Shown: in pieces, positions 26,152 to 35,569 of the stretch
Position numbering within the stretch: position 1 is the first letter of the stretch
How the letters are laid out: every line of letters begins with the position of its first letter
Assembly (NCBI GenBank): GCA_009835735.1
Contig: VXWX01000076.1
Coordinates: forward strand, 420 to 64,419
DNA: 64,000 nucleotides
Direction: 5' to 3'
Source of the DNA: Acidimicrobiaceae bacterium
GTDB lineage: Bacteria; Actinomycetota; Acidimicrobiia; Acidimicrobiales; Aldehydirespiratoraceae
Notes under the pieces: generated by a model
The model's database searches: none
Told to the model about the DNA's origin: nothing
What the model saw: only the letters and a program-made list of their open reading frames with translations
Position numbers and translations under genes: made by a program

Positions 26152-27248
26152 GCCCGACAGGCGCCGCGCCCGGGCGGGCCCAGTCGCGCCGAACCCTCCG
26201 GCGGCTGCTGTCGGCCCGGAACGTGGTCGTGGCCGCGGCCACCGCGCTAGCCCTGCTGCTGCCCCTGTTCGGCTCGAACTTCTTCGTCGAGTTCGTGATG
26301 ACCCGCACCATGATCCTCGGGATCGCGGCGGCCACCATCGTGTTCCTGGCGGCCTACGGGGGCATGGTGTCGCTGGCCCAGTACCTGCTGGCGGGGGTGG
26401 CCGGCTTCATGGTCGGCAACGCCGTCGTCGCCCAGGACGCCTGGTCGAAGGGTCTCAAGCTCGGCTGGAACCCGTGGGTGGCGGTGCTGTTCGCCCTGGC
26501 GGTCACCACCGCCGTCGCCTTCGTGCTGGGCGCGCTGGCGTCTCGCACCACCGGCATCTACTTCCTGATGATCACCCTCACCTACGCGGTGATCGGCTAC
26601 TACGTGTTCGGGTCGATCACCCCGCTGTCGGGCTTCGGCGGGATCACCGGCATCGACCCGCCCGGCCTGTTCGAGGACCACCCGCAGCGCATGTACCTCG
26701 CGCTGGTGGTGCTCTCGGTGCTGGTCTACGTCGCCTTCCGGGTGCTGGCCGTCACCCCGTTCGGCCTGGCCCTTCAGGGCATCCGCGACGACCCGGTGCG
26801 TATGGCCTCGCTGGGCTTCAACGTGTCGCTGCACCGCACCCTGGCGTTCACCCTGGCGGGCTTCACCGCCGGTCTGGCCGGCGTGTTCAACGTCTGGTGG
26901 AACGGCCAGATTGACCCCACGTCGATATCGATCGGCCCCACGCTCGACCTGCTGATCGTGGCCGTCATCGGCGGCACCCTCAGCCTTGAGGGCGCCTGGC
27001 TGGGTGCCTTCGTGTTCGTGGCGGCCAACAACTACCTGCGCAACCTCCCCCTCGTCGACCACATCGGCATCACCGAGGCCCGGTTCAACACCATTGTCGG
27101 GGTGCTGGTGCTGCTCATCATGATCCTCTCGCCCGACGGCCTGGCCGGGATCATCGATCGCATCCGGCTGGGCCTGCGCCGTCTGGTCCAGCTGTCGCGG
27201 GGATCCGGAGCCGGCCCTCCCGAAGCCGCGGCCGGTTCGGCGCCATGA
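26148..27248 (+). CDS. Branched-chain amino acid-type ABC transporter permease (LivM-like)
   Basis: 366 aa, polytopic. ATGA overlap with the upstream permease. Confidence 0.8.
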   Translation: MSPTGAAPGRAQSRRTLRRLLSARNVVVAAATALALLLPLFGSNFFVEFVMTRTMILGIAAATIVFLAAYGGMVSLAQYLLAGVAGFMVGNAVVAQDAWSKGLKLGWNPWVAVLFALAVTTAVAFVLGALASRTTGIYFLMITLTYAVIGYYVFGSITPLSGFGGITGIDPPGLFEDHPQRMYLALVVLSVLVYVAFRVLAVTPFGLALQGIRDDPVRMASLGFNVSLHRTLAFTLAGFTAGLAGVFNVWWNGQIDPTSISIGPTLDLLIVAVIGGTLSLEGAWLGAFVFVAANNYLRNLPLVDHIGITEARFNTIVGVLVLLIMILSPDGLAGIIDRIRLGLRRLVQLSRGSGAGPPEAAAGSAP

Positions 27249-27347
27249 ACGTATTCACCAAGTTCGCGGCCGCACACGCGGTCCGAAGCGGACGAATGTC
27301 CGCCCCCTAATGGAGGGGATTCAGCCCATGAGAGAAAGGACCACTCC

Positions 27348-28895
27348 ATGAGATACAAGCCAACCTTCCGAAGGCTCCTGAGCCTTGTCGGCATCGTTGC
27401 CGTCTTCGCGTTGCTCGCCGCCTCCTGCGGCGACGACGACGACGGCGAGGCTGCGCCGGCGACAACGGCCGCCCCGGCGGAGCCCGAGGCCCCGGCCGAA
27501 CCCGAGGCGGAGCCTGAGGCCGAGCCTGAGGAGATGGAAGAGATGGAGGAGATGGAGGAGATGGACGACCACGCGCACGTGCACCTCGGCATCCTCGGCG
27601 AGTGTGAGGGCGCCTTCGGCGCGTTCCACGAGGACGTCGTGGCCGGTGCGTCGCTGCCGTTCATCACCTTCGCGGGCGGCACATCGAACTCGCCCACCAG
27701 CGCGCTGGAGGGATTCAGCGGCGCAGTGGTCGCCGGCGTGCCCATCGAGGTCGTCGGCATCGGCTGCGGTGACGACACCCCCGATCGCATCATCCAGGAG
27801 GTCCGCAAGATCGTCGAGCAGGACGGCGCCAACGTAGTGATCGGCCCGCTCTCGGGCGACGAGAGCATCGCGATCGCCAACTACGCGAAGGACCATCCCG
27901 AGGTGACCTTCCTCAACGGGATCGCCGGTGCCCAGGAGACCACCATGGTCGTTCAGGCCCCGAACTTCTTCCGGTTCAACGGTGACGGCGCCCAGTGGAA
28001 CGCTGGTCTCGGAGACATCCTCCACAACGAGGCCGGCTGGGACACAGCGGCCGTGATCGCCGATGACTACAGCTTCGGCTGGACCTCGACAGCGGGCTTC
28101 ATCGCCGAGTTCTGCGCGGTCGGCGGAGAGGTCATATCGAGGGTGTTCCCGCCCCTGGGAACCACCGACTACTCGTCGTTCGTCCAGCAGCTTCCCGACC
28201 CGGACGAGGTTGACGGCTACTTCTGGGCCGTCGGCGGCTCGGGCACCAACGCCTCGCTGGAGGCCTTCCTCGCGGCCAAGGGCGACCTGACCGGCGATCA
28301 GCACGCGGGCAACCTGTTCTTCAGCCCGGCGCTGGCCGCAGCTCTGGGGACCGACATCGCGGGGGCCTACGTGGGCGGCTTCGCCACCCTGCCCGGCGAC
28401 GTCTCCAGCCCGGCCATCCAGGAGTACCTGGCGTCGGCCGACGCCGCGTGGGACTCGCTGGTGAGCCCCATGTCCGGCATGGAGCCCGGCTCGCCCGCGG
28501 CTGCCGCCGGGTTCGGGTTCTTCTACGGCTTCTACAGCTCGGCCGTGGCCTTCATCATGGCCCTTGAGCAGGTCGGCGGCGACCTGTCCGACAACCACGC
28601 CGCGCTGCGCGACGCCCTGGCCAACATCCAGATCGACGGGCCCTACGGCACCATCACCCTCGACGACAACCGTCAGGCCATCGTCGACACGTCCGTCCAG
28701 CAGCTCGTGCTGAACGACGCCGGCGAGGTGGTGTCGCAGACCGTTGCCCTGATCCCGGCTGTGGACCAGAGCTTCGGCGGGACGTTCAGCCCGACCACGC
28801 CGCCACCGGACCGTGAGAACCCGGTGTGCGAGACGCGCGACCTGCCCTGGGCCGGCAACGCCATCCCAGTGGTCGACGGCGTTCCGCAGAGCTGA
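27348..28895 (+). CDS. ABC transporter substrate-binding lipoprotein (type I periplasmic binding fold, LivK-like) with an acidic low-complexity linker
   Basis: Lipobox 'LLAASCG', then a D/E/P/A-rich linker including (EEM)x4, then an ANF-receptor-like domain. 515 aa. Confidence 0.8.
   Translation: MRYKPTFRRLLSLVGIVAVFALLAASCGDDDDGEAAPATTAAPAEPEAPAEPEAEPEAEPEEMEEMEEMEEMDDHAHVHLGILGECEGAFGAFHEDVVAGASLPFITFAGGTSNSPTSALEGFSGAVVAGVPIEVVGIGCGDDTPDRIIQEVRKIVEQDGANVVIGPLSGDESIAIANYAKDHPEVTFLNGIAGAQETTMVVQAPNFFRFNGDGAQWNAGLGDILHNEAGWDTAAVIADDYSFGWTSTAGFIAEFCAVGGEVISRVFPPLGTTDYSSFVQQLPDPDEVDGYFWAVGGSGTNASLEAFLAAKGDLTGDQHAGNLFFSPALAAALGTDIAGAYVGGFATLPGDVSSPAIQEYLASADAAWDSLVSPMSGMEPGSPAAAAGFGFFYGFYSSAVAFIMALEQVGGDLSDNHAALRDALANIQIDGPYGTITLDDNRQAIVDTSVQQLVLNDAGEVVSQTVALIPAVDQSFGGTFSPTTPPPDRENPVCETRDLPWAGNAIPVVDGVPQS
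27531..27566 (+). repeat. Tandem 9-nt repeat x4 (gagatggaR) inside the SBP linker
   Basis: gagatggaa gagatggag gagatggag gagatggac, encoding EMEEMEEMEEMD. In frame. Confidence 0.9.
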
Positions 28896-28949
28896 GCGAA
28901 CCGTCCACCCAACCGACTGAGCGGTTCAATCACCTGAGCTGAGTCACCG

Positions 28950-29753
28950 ATGAACACCGACGCTGCCACCGCCGCCTCCGCCGAGAGGTCTGGTTCCCTC
29001 CTGAACCTGGAGGCGGTGGTGGTGGCGTTCGGTGGCCTGCAAGCCCTCGGAGGCGTGGACCTCGAGGTCTGGAAGGGCGACCGCCTGGCGCTGCTCGGAC
29101 CGAACGGCGCCGGTAAGACGACCCTGTTCAACGTGATCGCGGGCGACATCAAGCCGACGTCGGGGCGGGTGATCATCAAGGGGATCGACTGCACGGAGCT
29201 GCCGGCACGGTTCCGTCCCCGCCTGGGAGTGGCTCGCACCTACCAGAAGACCCGGCTGTTCCGGGGATTGACGGTGGAGGACAACCTCTACCTCGCCCAG
29301 ACCGGGCGCTCGGGCCGGCACCTGGCGCTGCTGCGTTCGGGTGTCGACGCCGAGTTCCGGGAGAGGGCCCGAGCCATGGCCGAGACGGTCTGGCTCGCCG
29401 ACGTCGTCGGTGTCACTGCCGGCGACCTGTCGCACGGTCAGCAGCGCCAACTCGAGATCGGCATGGCCCTGGTGACCGGGCCGGAGTTCGTCATGCTCGA
29501 CGAGCCGGCCTCGGGCCTGTCGCGGGGTGAGAGGGAGCGCCTGGTGCAGCTGCTGCTGAGCCTGGACGTCGACATCACCCTGCTGCTGATCGAGCACGAC
29601 ATGGACGTCGCCCTGCGCGCCGCCCAGCGGGTGATGGTGATGAACGAGGGTGAAACCGTGGCCAGCGGCACGCCCGACGAGATACGAGTCGACCCGCTGG
29701 TGCACGCCATCTACCTCGGAAGCGAGGCAGGCCTGCGAGGGGCGGACCCGTGA
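28950..29753 (+). CDS. ABC transporter ATP-binding protein (LivG-like)
   Basis: Walker A 'GPNGAGKTT', signature 'LSHGQQRQLEIG', Walker B 'LDEPASG'. Confidence 0.85.
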   Translation: MNTDAATAASAERSGSLLNLEAVVVAFGGLQALGGVDLEVWKGDRLALLGPNGAGKTTLFNVIAGDIKPTSGRVIIKGIDCTELPARFRPRLGVARTYQKTRLFRGLTVEDNLYLAQTGRSGRHLALLRSGVDAEFRERARAMAETVWLADVVGVTAGDLSHGQQRQLEIGMALVTGPEFVMLDEPASGLSRGERERLVQLLLSLDVDITLLLIEHDMDVALRAAQRVMVMNEGETVASGTPDEIRVDPLVHAIYLGSEAGLRGADP

Positions 29754-30466
29754 CCGCGGCGGACTCCCTGCTGACCGTCGAGGATCTGCAGGCCGGCTAC
29801 GGCACCTCGCGGGTGCTGGACGGACTGACCTTCTCCATGGGCACCGAATCGGTCTGCATCGTCGGACGCAACGGCATGGGCAAGTCCACGCTGTGCAAGA
29901 CGATCATGGGGATGGTGTCGCCCACCGCGGGTGCCATCACCTTCTCGGGCCGCCGCATCGACGGCCTCGCTCCCGAGAAGGTGGCCCGCTCCGGGATCGC
30001 CTACGTCCCCCAGGGGCGCCGCCTCTTCCCGTCACTCACGGTGGAGGAGCATCTGGCCATGCTGGCGCCCGAATCGCGAGGCAAGCGCTGGACGCCGGCG
30101 GCCGTCTACGAGTTGTTCCCTCGCCTAGCAGACCGCCGAAGAAACGGGGGAGCTGAGCTCTCCGGGGGTGAGCAGCAGATGCTGGCCGTGGGCCGGGCCC
30201 TGCTGCTCAACACCCCTCTCATCGTCATGGACGAGCCGTCGGAGGGGCTAGCCCCGAGCATCGTGGACGACCTGATCGACGTGGTACACCGGCTCGTGTC
30301 CGAGGGCGTCGCGGTGCTGGTGGTGGAGCAGAACCTGCGGGCGGCCACCGCCATGTCGGTCCGTCAGCTGGTGATGACCTCCGGTCGCATCGAGATCGAG
30401 CTGACCGCCGCCGAACTTCTGGAATCGACAGAGCTCCAGAGCACCTATCTGGGCGTGGACGCCTGA
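29750..30466 (+). CDS. ABC transporter ATP-binding protein (LivF-like)
   Basis: 'GRNGMGKST', 'LSGGEQQML', 'MDEPSEGL'. Overlaps the upstream gene by 4 nt. Confidence 0.85.
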   Translation: MTAADSLLTVEDLQAGYGTSRVLDGLTFSMGTESVCIVGRNGMGKSTLCKTIMGMVSPTAGAITFSGRRIDGLAPEKVARSGIAYVPQGRRLFPSLTVEEHLAMLAPESRGKRWTPAAVYELFPRLADRRRNGGAELSGGEQQMLAVGRALLLNTPLIVMDEPSEGLAPSIVDDLIDVVHRLVSEGVAVLVVEQNLRAATAMSVRQLVMTSGRIEIELTAAELLESTELQSTYLGVDA

Positions 30467-30494
30467 AACAACTCTGACCCCGACACCTGTACAA

Positions 30495-32312
30495 ATGCCA
30501 GATCCGACCCTTACCGACATAGCGGCGCGCGCGGGCGCGCCGGCCCCCGACAGGCGCTCCGGCGACGGCTATGATCGCGGCGGCATGGCCTCCGTCGGTG
30601 CCCTCTCGCTGTATGCCGCCATGTTGCGAGGCGAGTTGGAGGGCGACGAGGCGCTGCAGGCCAGCCAGCACATCTTCGAGCTCGTGCTCAACAGCGTGCA
30701 CCACGCGATCTGGTGGAAGGACGCCAACTCGAGGTTCCTGGGCTGCAACCGCAAGCTCGCCGAGTACGCGGGGGTCGGTCATCCGAGCGAGCTGGTCGGC
30801 AAGACGGACGCTGATTGCGCCTGGGGCAATGCCGAGCTTCCCCGCAGCGGAGCGCCCTGGTTCCAGGACCACGACCGCATGGTCATGGAGACGGGTGAGC
30901 CGCTCATCGGCTTGCGAGAGCAGGTCCGCATCGCAGACGGGCGGGTGATCTGGGTCGAGACCAACAAGGTGCCGCTGACCGATTTCGACGGCAAGGTCGT
31001 GGGCACGCTGGGCACGTTCACCGACATCACCTCCAGGATCGAGGCCGAGGCCGAGCTGCAGAGCACCCTCGAGGACCTCGACGAGCGGGTGCGGGAGCGC
31101 ACCTCCGAGCTGTCGCGGGCGAACCAGACGCTGAGGCGGGAGGTTGAGGAGCGGGTCAGGCTGGAGGCCCAGGAGCGGGCCCAGCGCAGCCATGCCGAGG
31201 CATTGCGCGACACCGCAGCCGCGGTCGCCCGCTCGCTGCAGCTCGACGACGTGATCGAGCAGGTGCTCATCGGGGTCGAGCGGCTCTGCGACCACGAGCG
31301 CAGCTACGTCGCCTTCTATGACAACGAGGGAGTGCTCGAACTGGCCGGCGAGCGCCATCCGGGCCGCCCCGACCGCGGCGCTCCCGAGCCTCACACCCGC
31401 GTCACCGACCCTCTCGGTGGATGGTCTCCACCGGAGGAGACCACAGAGGACGGCAGTTCTAGTGCCGCGGCGGGCGGCCGCGCCGCAACGTCGAAGGTGA
31501 ACGGGGCGGTGGTGCTGCCGCTGGAGGCAGCGGAGAGGGCGCTCGGCTGCCTCGTTATCGAGCCCCGCCCGGGCCGGGACCTGAGCGACTCCGACGTCGA
31601 CCGCCTGGCCATCCTGGCCGACCAGGCGTCCTCGGCCATATCCAACAGCCGCTCGCTGGTGATGGCCCGCTCGCTGGCCGCGCTGGAGGAGCGCCAGAGC
31701 CTGGCCAACGACCTCCACGACTCGGTCAGCCAGACACTGTGGACGGCGACCCTGCTGGCCGAGACTCTGGCCCGGGCGTCCGATCTCAGCGCCGAGCAGC
31801 GCGACCGGGCCGACAGGTTGCATGCGCTGACCGCCGGAGCCCTGTCGGAGATGCGCACCCTGCTGCTGGAGTTGCGCCCCTCGGTTATCGAGGAGACTCC
31901 GTTCGCGGACCTGGTCCACCAGCTGGTGTCCGCCTTCGAGAGCCGGCGCCGGGCCAAGTGCGAAGTTCACCTCGACCGCGAGGTGGAGCCGCTGCCGACC
32001 GTCAAGGTGGCGCTCTACCGGATACTGCAGGAGTCGCTCAACAATGTCTCCCGGCACGCCGACGCCGAGGGCGTGCATATCTCCGTAGAGGTGACGGGCG
32101 ACGTTCTCGAGATGCGGGTGAGAGACGACGGCGAGGGCTACGAGATGGGATCGGCCTCGGAGCACTTCGGACTGCGCATCATGGCTGAGCGGGCCGAGGC
32201 CATCGGTGCATCACTGCATGTCGACAGCCGCCTGGGGGAGGGGACGACGGTGTCGGTGTCGGTCCCCGAAGTGATGGAGCTGCTGGTGCGACCCCCGGAG
32301 CAGTCGCCATGA
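30495..32312 (+). CDS. Cytoplasmic PAS/GAF sensor histidine kinase (HisKA_3/NarX-type)
   Basis: 605 aa with no TM segment. PAS-like 'HHAIWWKDANSRFLGCNRKLAEYAG', H-box 'DLHDSVSQTLW', HATPase 'GLRIMAERAEAIGASLHVDSRLGEGTTV'. Confidence 0.8.
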   Translation: MPDPTLTDIAARAGAPAPDRRSGDGYDRGGMASVGALSLYAAMLRGELEGDEALQASQHIFELVLNSVHHAIWWKDANSRFLGCNRKLAEYAGVGHPSELVGKTDADCAWGNAELPRSGAPWFQDHDRMVMETGEPLIGLREQVRIADGRVIWVETNKVPLTDFDGKVVGTLGTFTDITSRIEAEAELQSTLEDLDERVRERTSELSRANQTLRREVEERVRLEAQERAQRSHAEALRDTAAAVARSLQLDDVIEQVLIGVERLCDHERSYVAFYDNEGVLELAGERHPGRPDRGAPEPHTRVTDPLGGWSPPEETTEDGSSSAAAGGRAATSKVNGAVVLPLEAAERALGCLVIEPRPGRDLSDSDVDRLAILADQASSAISNSRSLVMARSLAALEERQSLANDLHDSVSQTLWTATLLAETLARASDLSAEQRDRADRLHALTAGALSEMRTLLLELRPSVIEETPFADLVHQLVSAFESRRRAKCEVHLDREVEPLPTVKVALYRILQESLNNVSRHADAEGVHISVEVTGDVLEMRVRDDGEGYEMGSASEHFGLRIMAERAEAIGASLHVDSRLGEGTTVSVSVPEVMELLVRPPEQSP

Positions 32313-32968
32313 GCGCCGCATCAGGCGGAACGATCAGGGTGGTAGTGGTGGACGATCACGACCTGCTGCGCGAGGGGGTGACCGCCTGCCTCGACGGCTA
32401 CGACGACATCGAGGTGGTGGGCACGGCCCATAACGGCGTCGTTGCCGTGGACCGGGTGGTGGAGATGCACCCCGACGTGGTGGTGATGGACCTGATAATG
32501 CCCGGAGGCGGGGGAGTAGAAGCCATCGCCGAGATCGCCCGCCGGGCTCCCGACACCAGAGTCCTCGCCCTGACCAGCTTCACCGACGGGGCGCTGCTGC
32601 GCTCTGCTCTCGAAGCCGGGGCCACCAGCTTCCAGCTCAAGAGCGTCACGGGCGACGACCTGGCCGCGTCCATCCGCTTCACTGCTGCGGGGCAGTCGGC
32701 CATGGACTCGTCGGTCACCCGCCTGATCGCCTCCGACCACGACGTTCTGCGGGACCTGACCGACCGTGAGCGCGAGGTGGCCGATCTGCTGGCCACGGGC
32801 CTGTCCAATGCCGAGATCGCCGAGCGTCTCTATCTCAGCATCTACACGGTCAAGAACCACGTGAGCAACATCTTGATGAAGTTCAACGTGCAGTCCCGCA
32901 CCGAGCTGGTGGCCATGATCCTCAACGCCCGCTACCAGGACCGCCCCAAGCTCCCACCCCGCCCCTAG
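32309..32968 (+). CDS. NarL/LuxR-family response regulator
   Basis: Receiver 'VVVDDH...DLIMPG'. LuxR HTH 'LTDREREVADLLATGLSNAEIAERLYLSIYTVKNHVSNIL'. ATGA overlap with the kinase gene. Confidence 0.9.
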   Translation: MSAASGGTIRVVVVDDHDLLREGVTACLDGYDDIEVVGTAHNGVVAVDRVVEMHPDVVVMDLIMPGGGGVEAIAEIARRAPDTRVLALTSFTDGALLRSALEAGATSFQLKSVTGDDLAASIRFTAAGQSAMDSSVTRLIASDHDVLRDLTDREREVADLLATGLSNAEIAERLYLSIYTVKNHVSNILMKFNVQSRTELVAMILNARYQDRPKLPPRP

Positions 32969-33004
32969 CCCCAGTTGGCCGGCGCGCCCGTCGGTCCCAC
33001 TAGG

Positions 33005-33049
33005 AATTGGCAGCAGGATGCACCGTATGGGTGCATTGTGCTGCCAGTT
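33005..33049 (+). repeat. REP-like nested-hairpin repeat, copy 4
   Basis: AATTGGCAGC agga TGCACC gtatg GGTGCA ttgt GCTGCCAGTT. Lies downstream of the response regulator. Confidence 0.85.
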
Positions 33050-33131
33050 CGCGTCCATGCCCGCTCACCCTGACGAGGGAGGCCGGGCTGCTTCTGCAAC
33101 AACTTGCCGCTCTGGTGCATCGTAGGTATTA

Positions 33132-33623
33132 GTGGGAGAGCACTCGGATCCCGCGCGGGGCGAATGGGCCGCCAACGGCACCGACCTGGAGAGCCTGTTC
33201 GTGGCCGAGCGGGTGCCCATGGTGCGGCTGGCCACGCTGATGGTGGGCTCGCGGGCTGTGGCAGAGGAAGTCGTGCAGGACGCGTTCGCGTCGGTGAGCG
33301 AGCGGTGGGACGGAATCGATCGACCGGGCGCGTACTTGAGAACAGCAGTGGTCAACGGGTGTGCACAGACACTGCGTCGCCGCTCGGTTGAAGACCGGCA
33401 CAGGCCTGTTGCGCTCGAGAACCCCGACGAGATTCCCGAGCGGCTGATCGAGCTACGCAGCGCCCTGGACTACCTCAGCGACCGACAACGAATCGTGGTG
33501 GTGCTGCGCTACTTCGTCGACCTGCCTGACGACGAGATCGCACAGGCGCTGGACGTGAAGCCTTCGACGGTGCGCTCGCTGGCCCACCGGGCTCTGGCTG
33601 TGCTTCGAAGGGAGTTGCGATGA
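33132..33623 (+). CDS. ECF-type sigma-70 family sigma factor
   Basis: 163 aa, GTG start. Region 2 'EEVVQDAFASV', region 4 'LSDRQRIVVVLRYFVDLPDDEIAQALDVKPSTVRSLAHRAL'. Confidence 0.8.
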   Translation: MGEHSDPARGEWAANGTDLESLFVAERVPMVRLATLMVGSRAVAEEVVQDAFASVSERWDGIDRPGAYLRTAVVNGCAQTLRRRSVEDRHRPVALENPDEIPERLIELRSALDYLSDRQRIVVVLRYFVDLPDDEIAQALDVKPSTVRSLAHRALAVLRRELR

Positions 33624-35569
33624 GCTGGCTTGAGGATCGCCTTCGTCGAGATCTGCCTGCACTCGCGGATGTGCTGATGGAAGACCAGGCCGCTCAGCCA
33701 GAAACTGCCGTGACCACGGTCGGCGACAGCCCCGACACGCTCGTGGAACTCAGCGCTCGGCCCGTACGCAGACGGCGCAGGTGGCCGGATGTGGCGGTCG
33801 CTGCGCTAGTAGCGGTAGTGGCCGGTGTCGTCGCGCTGGTCATTGCCACATCCGACAGCACGGAGGTAATGACGATAGAGGTCCCCGTTGCTCAGCAGGA
33901 TCCGGCCGAGCCTCCCGACGGAGCGCCGGAAGTGTCCGACGAGGTCCCGTCCGAGGAGGTCCCGCCGGAGGTCTCCGCCGCAGCCGAGGAGGGCAGCCGC
34001 GGGGTCACCTACCAGTCCATCTCGGCCGGTTACAGCCATGGCTGCGCGGTAGCCGCCGGGGGAGGCCTCGTCTGCTGGGGTAGCAACAACTTCGGGCAGG
34101 CTGATCCCCCCGAGGGCACCTATCAGGCCGTAGCCGCGGGGGCAGAACACAGTTGCGCCATCGCGACCGGCGGCACCCTCAACTGCTGGGGACACAACGA
34201 CGCCGGACAGGCCGATGCCCCGGCCGGCACCTATCAGGCCGTAGCCGCTGGCGTGGACCACAGTTGTGCCATCGCTACCGGCGGAAGCCTCGTCTGCTGG
34301 GGGGAGGATGTCTACGGCCAAGCCACCGCGCCCGAGGGCACCTACCGCGCAGTAGCCGCCGGCGAACGCCACACCTGCGCCATCGCAACCGGCGGCACCC
34401 TCAACTGCTGGGGAGACAACAGCTACGGGCAGGCGGATGCCCCGGCCGGCACCTATCGAGAAGTGGCCGCCGGCTGGGAGAGCAGTTGTGCGATCGCAAC
34501 CGATGGCACGATTGTCTGTTGGGGCGCCAACTACGCAGGGCAGACCGACGGGCCGCCAGGGACATACCAGGCGATCGCCGCTGGTGTGTCCCACCACTGT
34601 GCCCTAACGACCGGCGGCACGATCGCCTGCTGGGGAAGCAACAGCTTCGGGGAACTCGACGCTCCCGGCGGCACGTATAGGGCCGTCACCGCGGGTTCGG
34701 ACCACGGCTGCGCGCTCGCATCCGGCGGCACGATCAACTGCTGGGGAAGCAACATCTCCCGGCTTGCCGACGTACCGCCAGGCACCTACCAGGCTGTCGC
34801 TCCCGGCTGGTACCACAGCTGTGCCCTAACGACCGGCGGCACGATCTCCTGCTGGGGGAACAACGACTTCGGACAGGCCGAGGCCCCAGAGGGCACTTTC
34901 ACGGACCTTTCCGTCGGCTCGCTTCACAACTGTGGGGTAGCCACCAGCGGCACTCTGGCGTGCTGGGGGGACGACCACTCCGTCGGGCGCACCGACGCCC
35001 CGCCGGGCGCCTATAGCGCTGTCTCGACCGGCGAGGTCCATAACTGCGCGATAGCGACCGACAGCACGGTCTCCTGCTGGGGGGACAACAGCCGCGGGCA
35101 GACCGACGCTCCGGCCGGCGCCCACCGAGCCGTGGCCGCCGGCGAGTACCACAACTGCGCGCTAGCGAACGACGGCACCATCGCCTGCTGGGGAAGCAAC
35201 GGCTACAAGCAGGCTGAACCGCCGGCGGGCACCTACCGGTACGTAGCTGCCGGCGGGTTCCACAGCTGCGCTATAAGGACCGACGGCACGATCGCCTGCT
35301 GGGGGTACAACGACTTCGGACAGGCCGATGCGCCGGCGGGCACCTACCAAACTGTCGCCGCCGGCGGATACCACAACTGCGCCATCTCAACCGACGGCAC
35401 GATCGCCTGCTGGGGACGCACCGGATTCTGGATCGACGACGCCCCGGAAGGCAGCTACAAGTCCATCGCTACGGGCACCTACCACACCTGTGCGGTCACA
35501 TCCGACGACAGCATCGTGTGCGGGGGTTCGAAAGAACCGCCTGAGGGCCTTCACTGGGAGGCGCAATGA
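33620..35569 (+). CDS. Single-pass membrane protein with 14 RCC1/BLIP-II-like beta-propeller repeats (candidate anti-sigma/sensor partner)
   Basis: ATGA overlap with the sigma gene. TM 'VAVAALVAVVAGVVALVIA' at about aa 57-77. Then 14 units of about 37 aa of the form 'GTYxAVAAGxxHxCAIxTxGTxxCWGxNxxGQxDAPx'. Confidence 0.75.
   Translation: MSWLEDRLRRDLPALADVLMEDQAAQPETAVTTVGDSPDTLVELSARPVRRRRRWPDVAVAALVAVVAGVVALVIATSDSTEVMTIEVPVAQQDPAEPPDGAPEVSDEVPSEEVPPEVSAAAEEGSRGVTYQSISAGYSHGCAVAAGGGLVCWGSNNFGQADPPEGTYQAVAAGAEHSCAIATGGTLNCWGHNDAGQADAPAGTYQAVAAGVDHSCAIATGGSLVCWGEDVYGQATAPEGTYRAVAAGERHTCAIATGGTLNCWGDNSYGQADAPAGTYREVAAGWESSCAIATDGTIVCWGANYAGQTDGPPGTYQAIAAGVSHHCALTTGGTIACWGSNSFGELDAPGGTYRAVTAGSDHGCALASGGTINCWGSNISRLADVPPGTYQAVAPGWYHSCALTTGGTISCWGNNDFGQAEAPEGTFTDLSVGSLHNCGVATSGTLACWGDDHSVGRTDAPPGAYSAVSTGEVHNCAIATDSTVSCWGDNSRGQTDAPAGAHRAVAAGEYHNCALANDGTIACWGSNGYKQAEPPAGTYRYVAAGGFHSCAIRTDGTIACWGYNDFGQADAPAGTYQTVAAGGYHNCAISTDGTIACWGRTGFWIDDAPEGSYKSIATGTYHTCAVTSDDSIVCGGSKEPPEGLHWEAQ
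34001..35540 (+). repeat. Coding tandem repeat, about 111-nt period x14 (RCC1-like blades)
   Basis: For example, 'ggcacctatcaggccgtagccgc' recurs at 34115 and 34226, exactly 111 nt apart. Confidence 0.8.
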
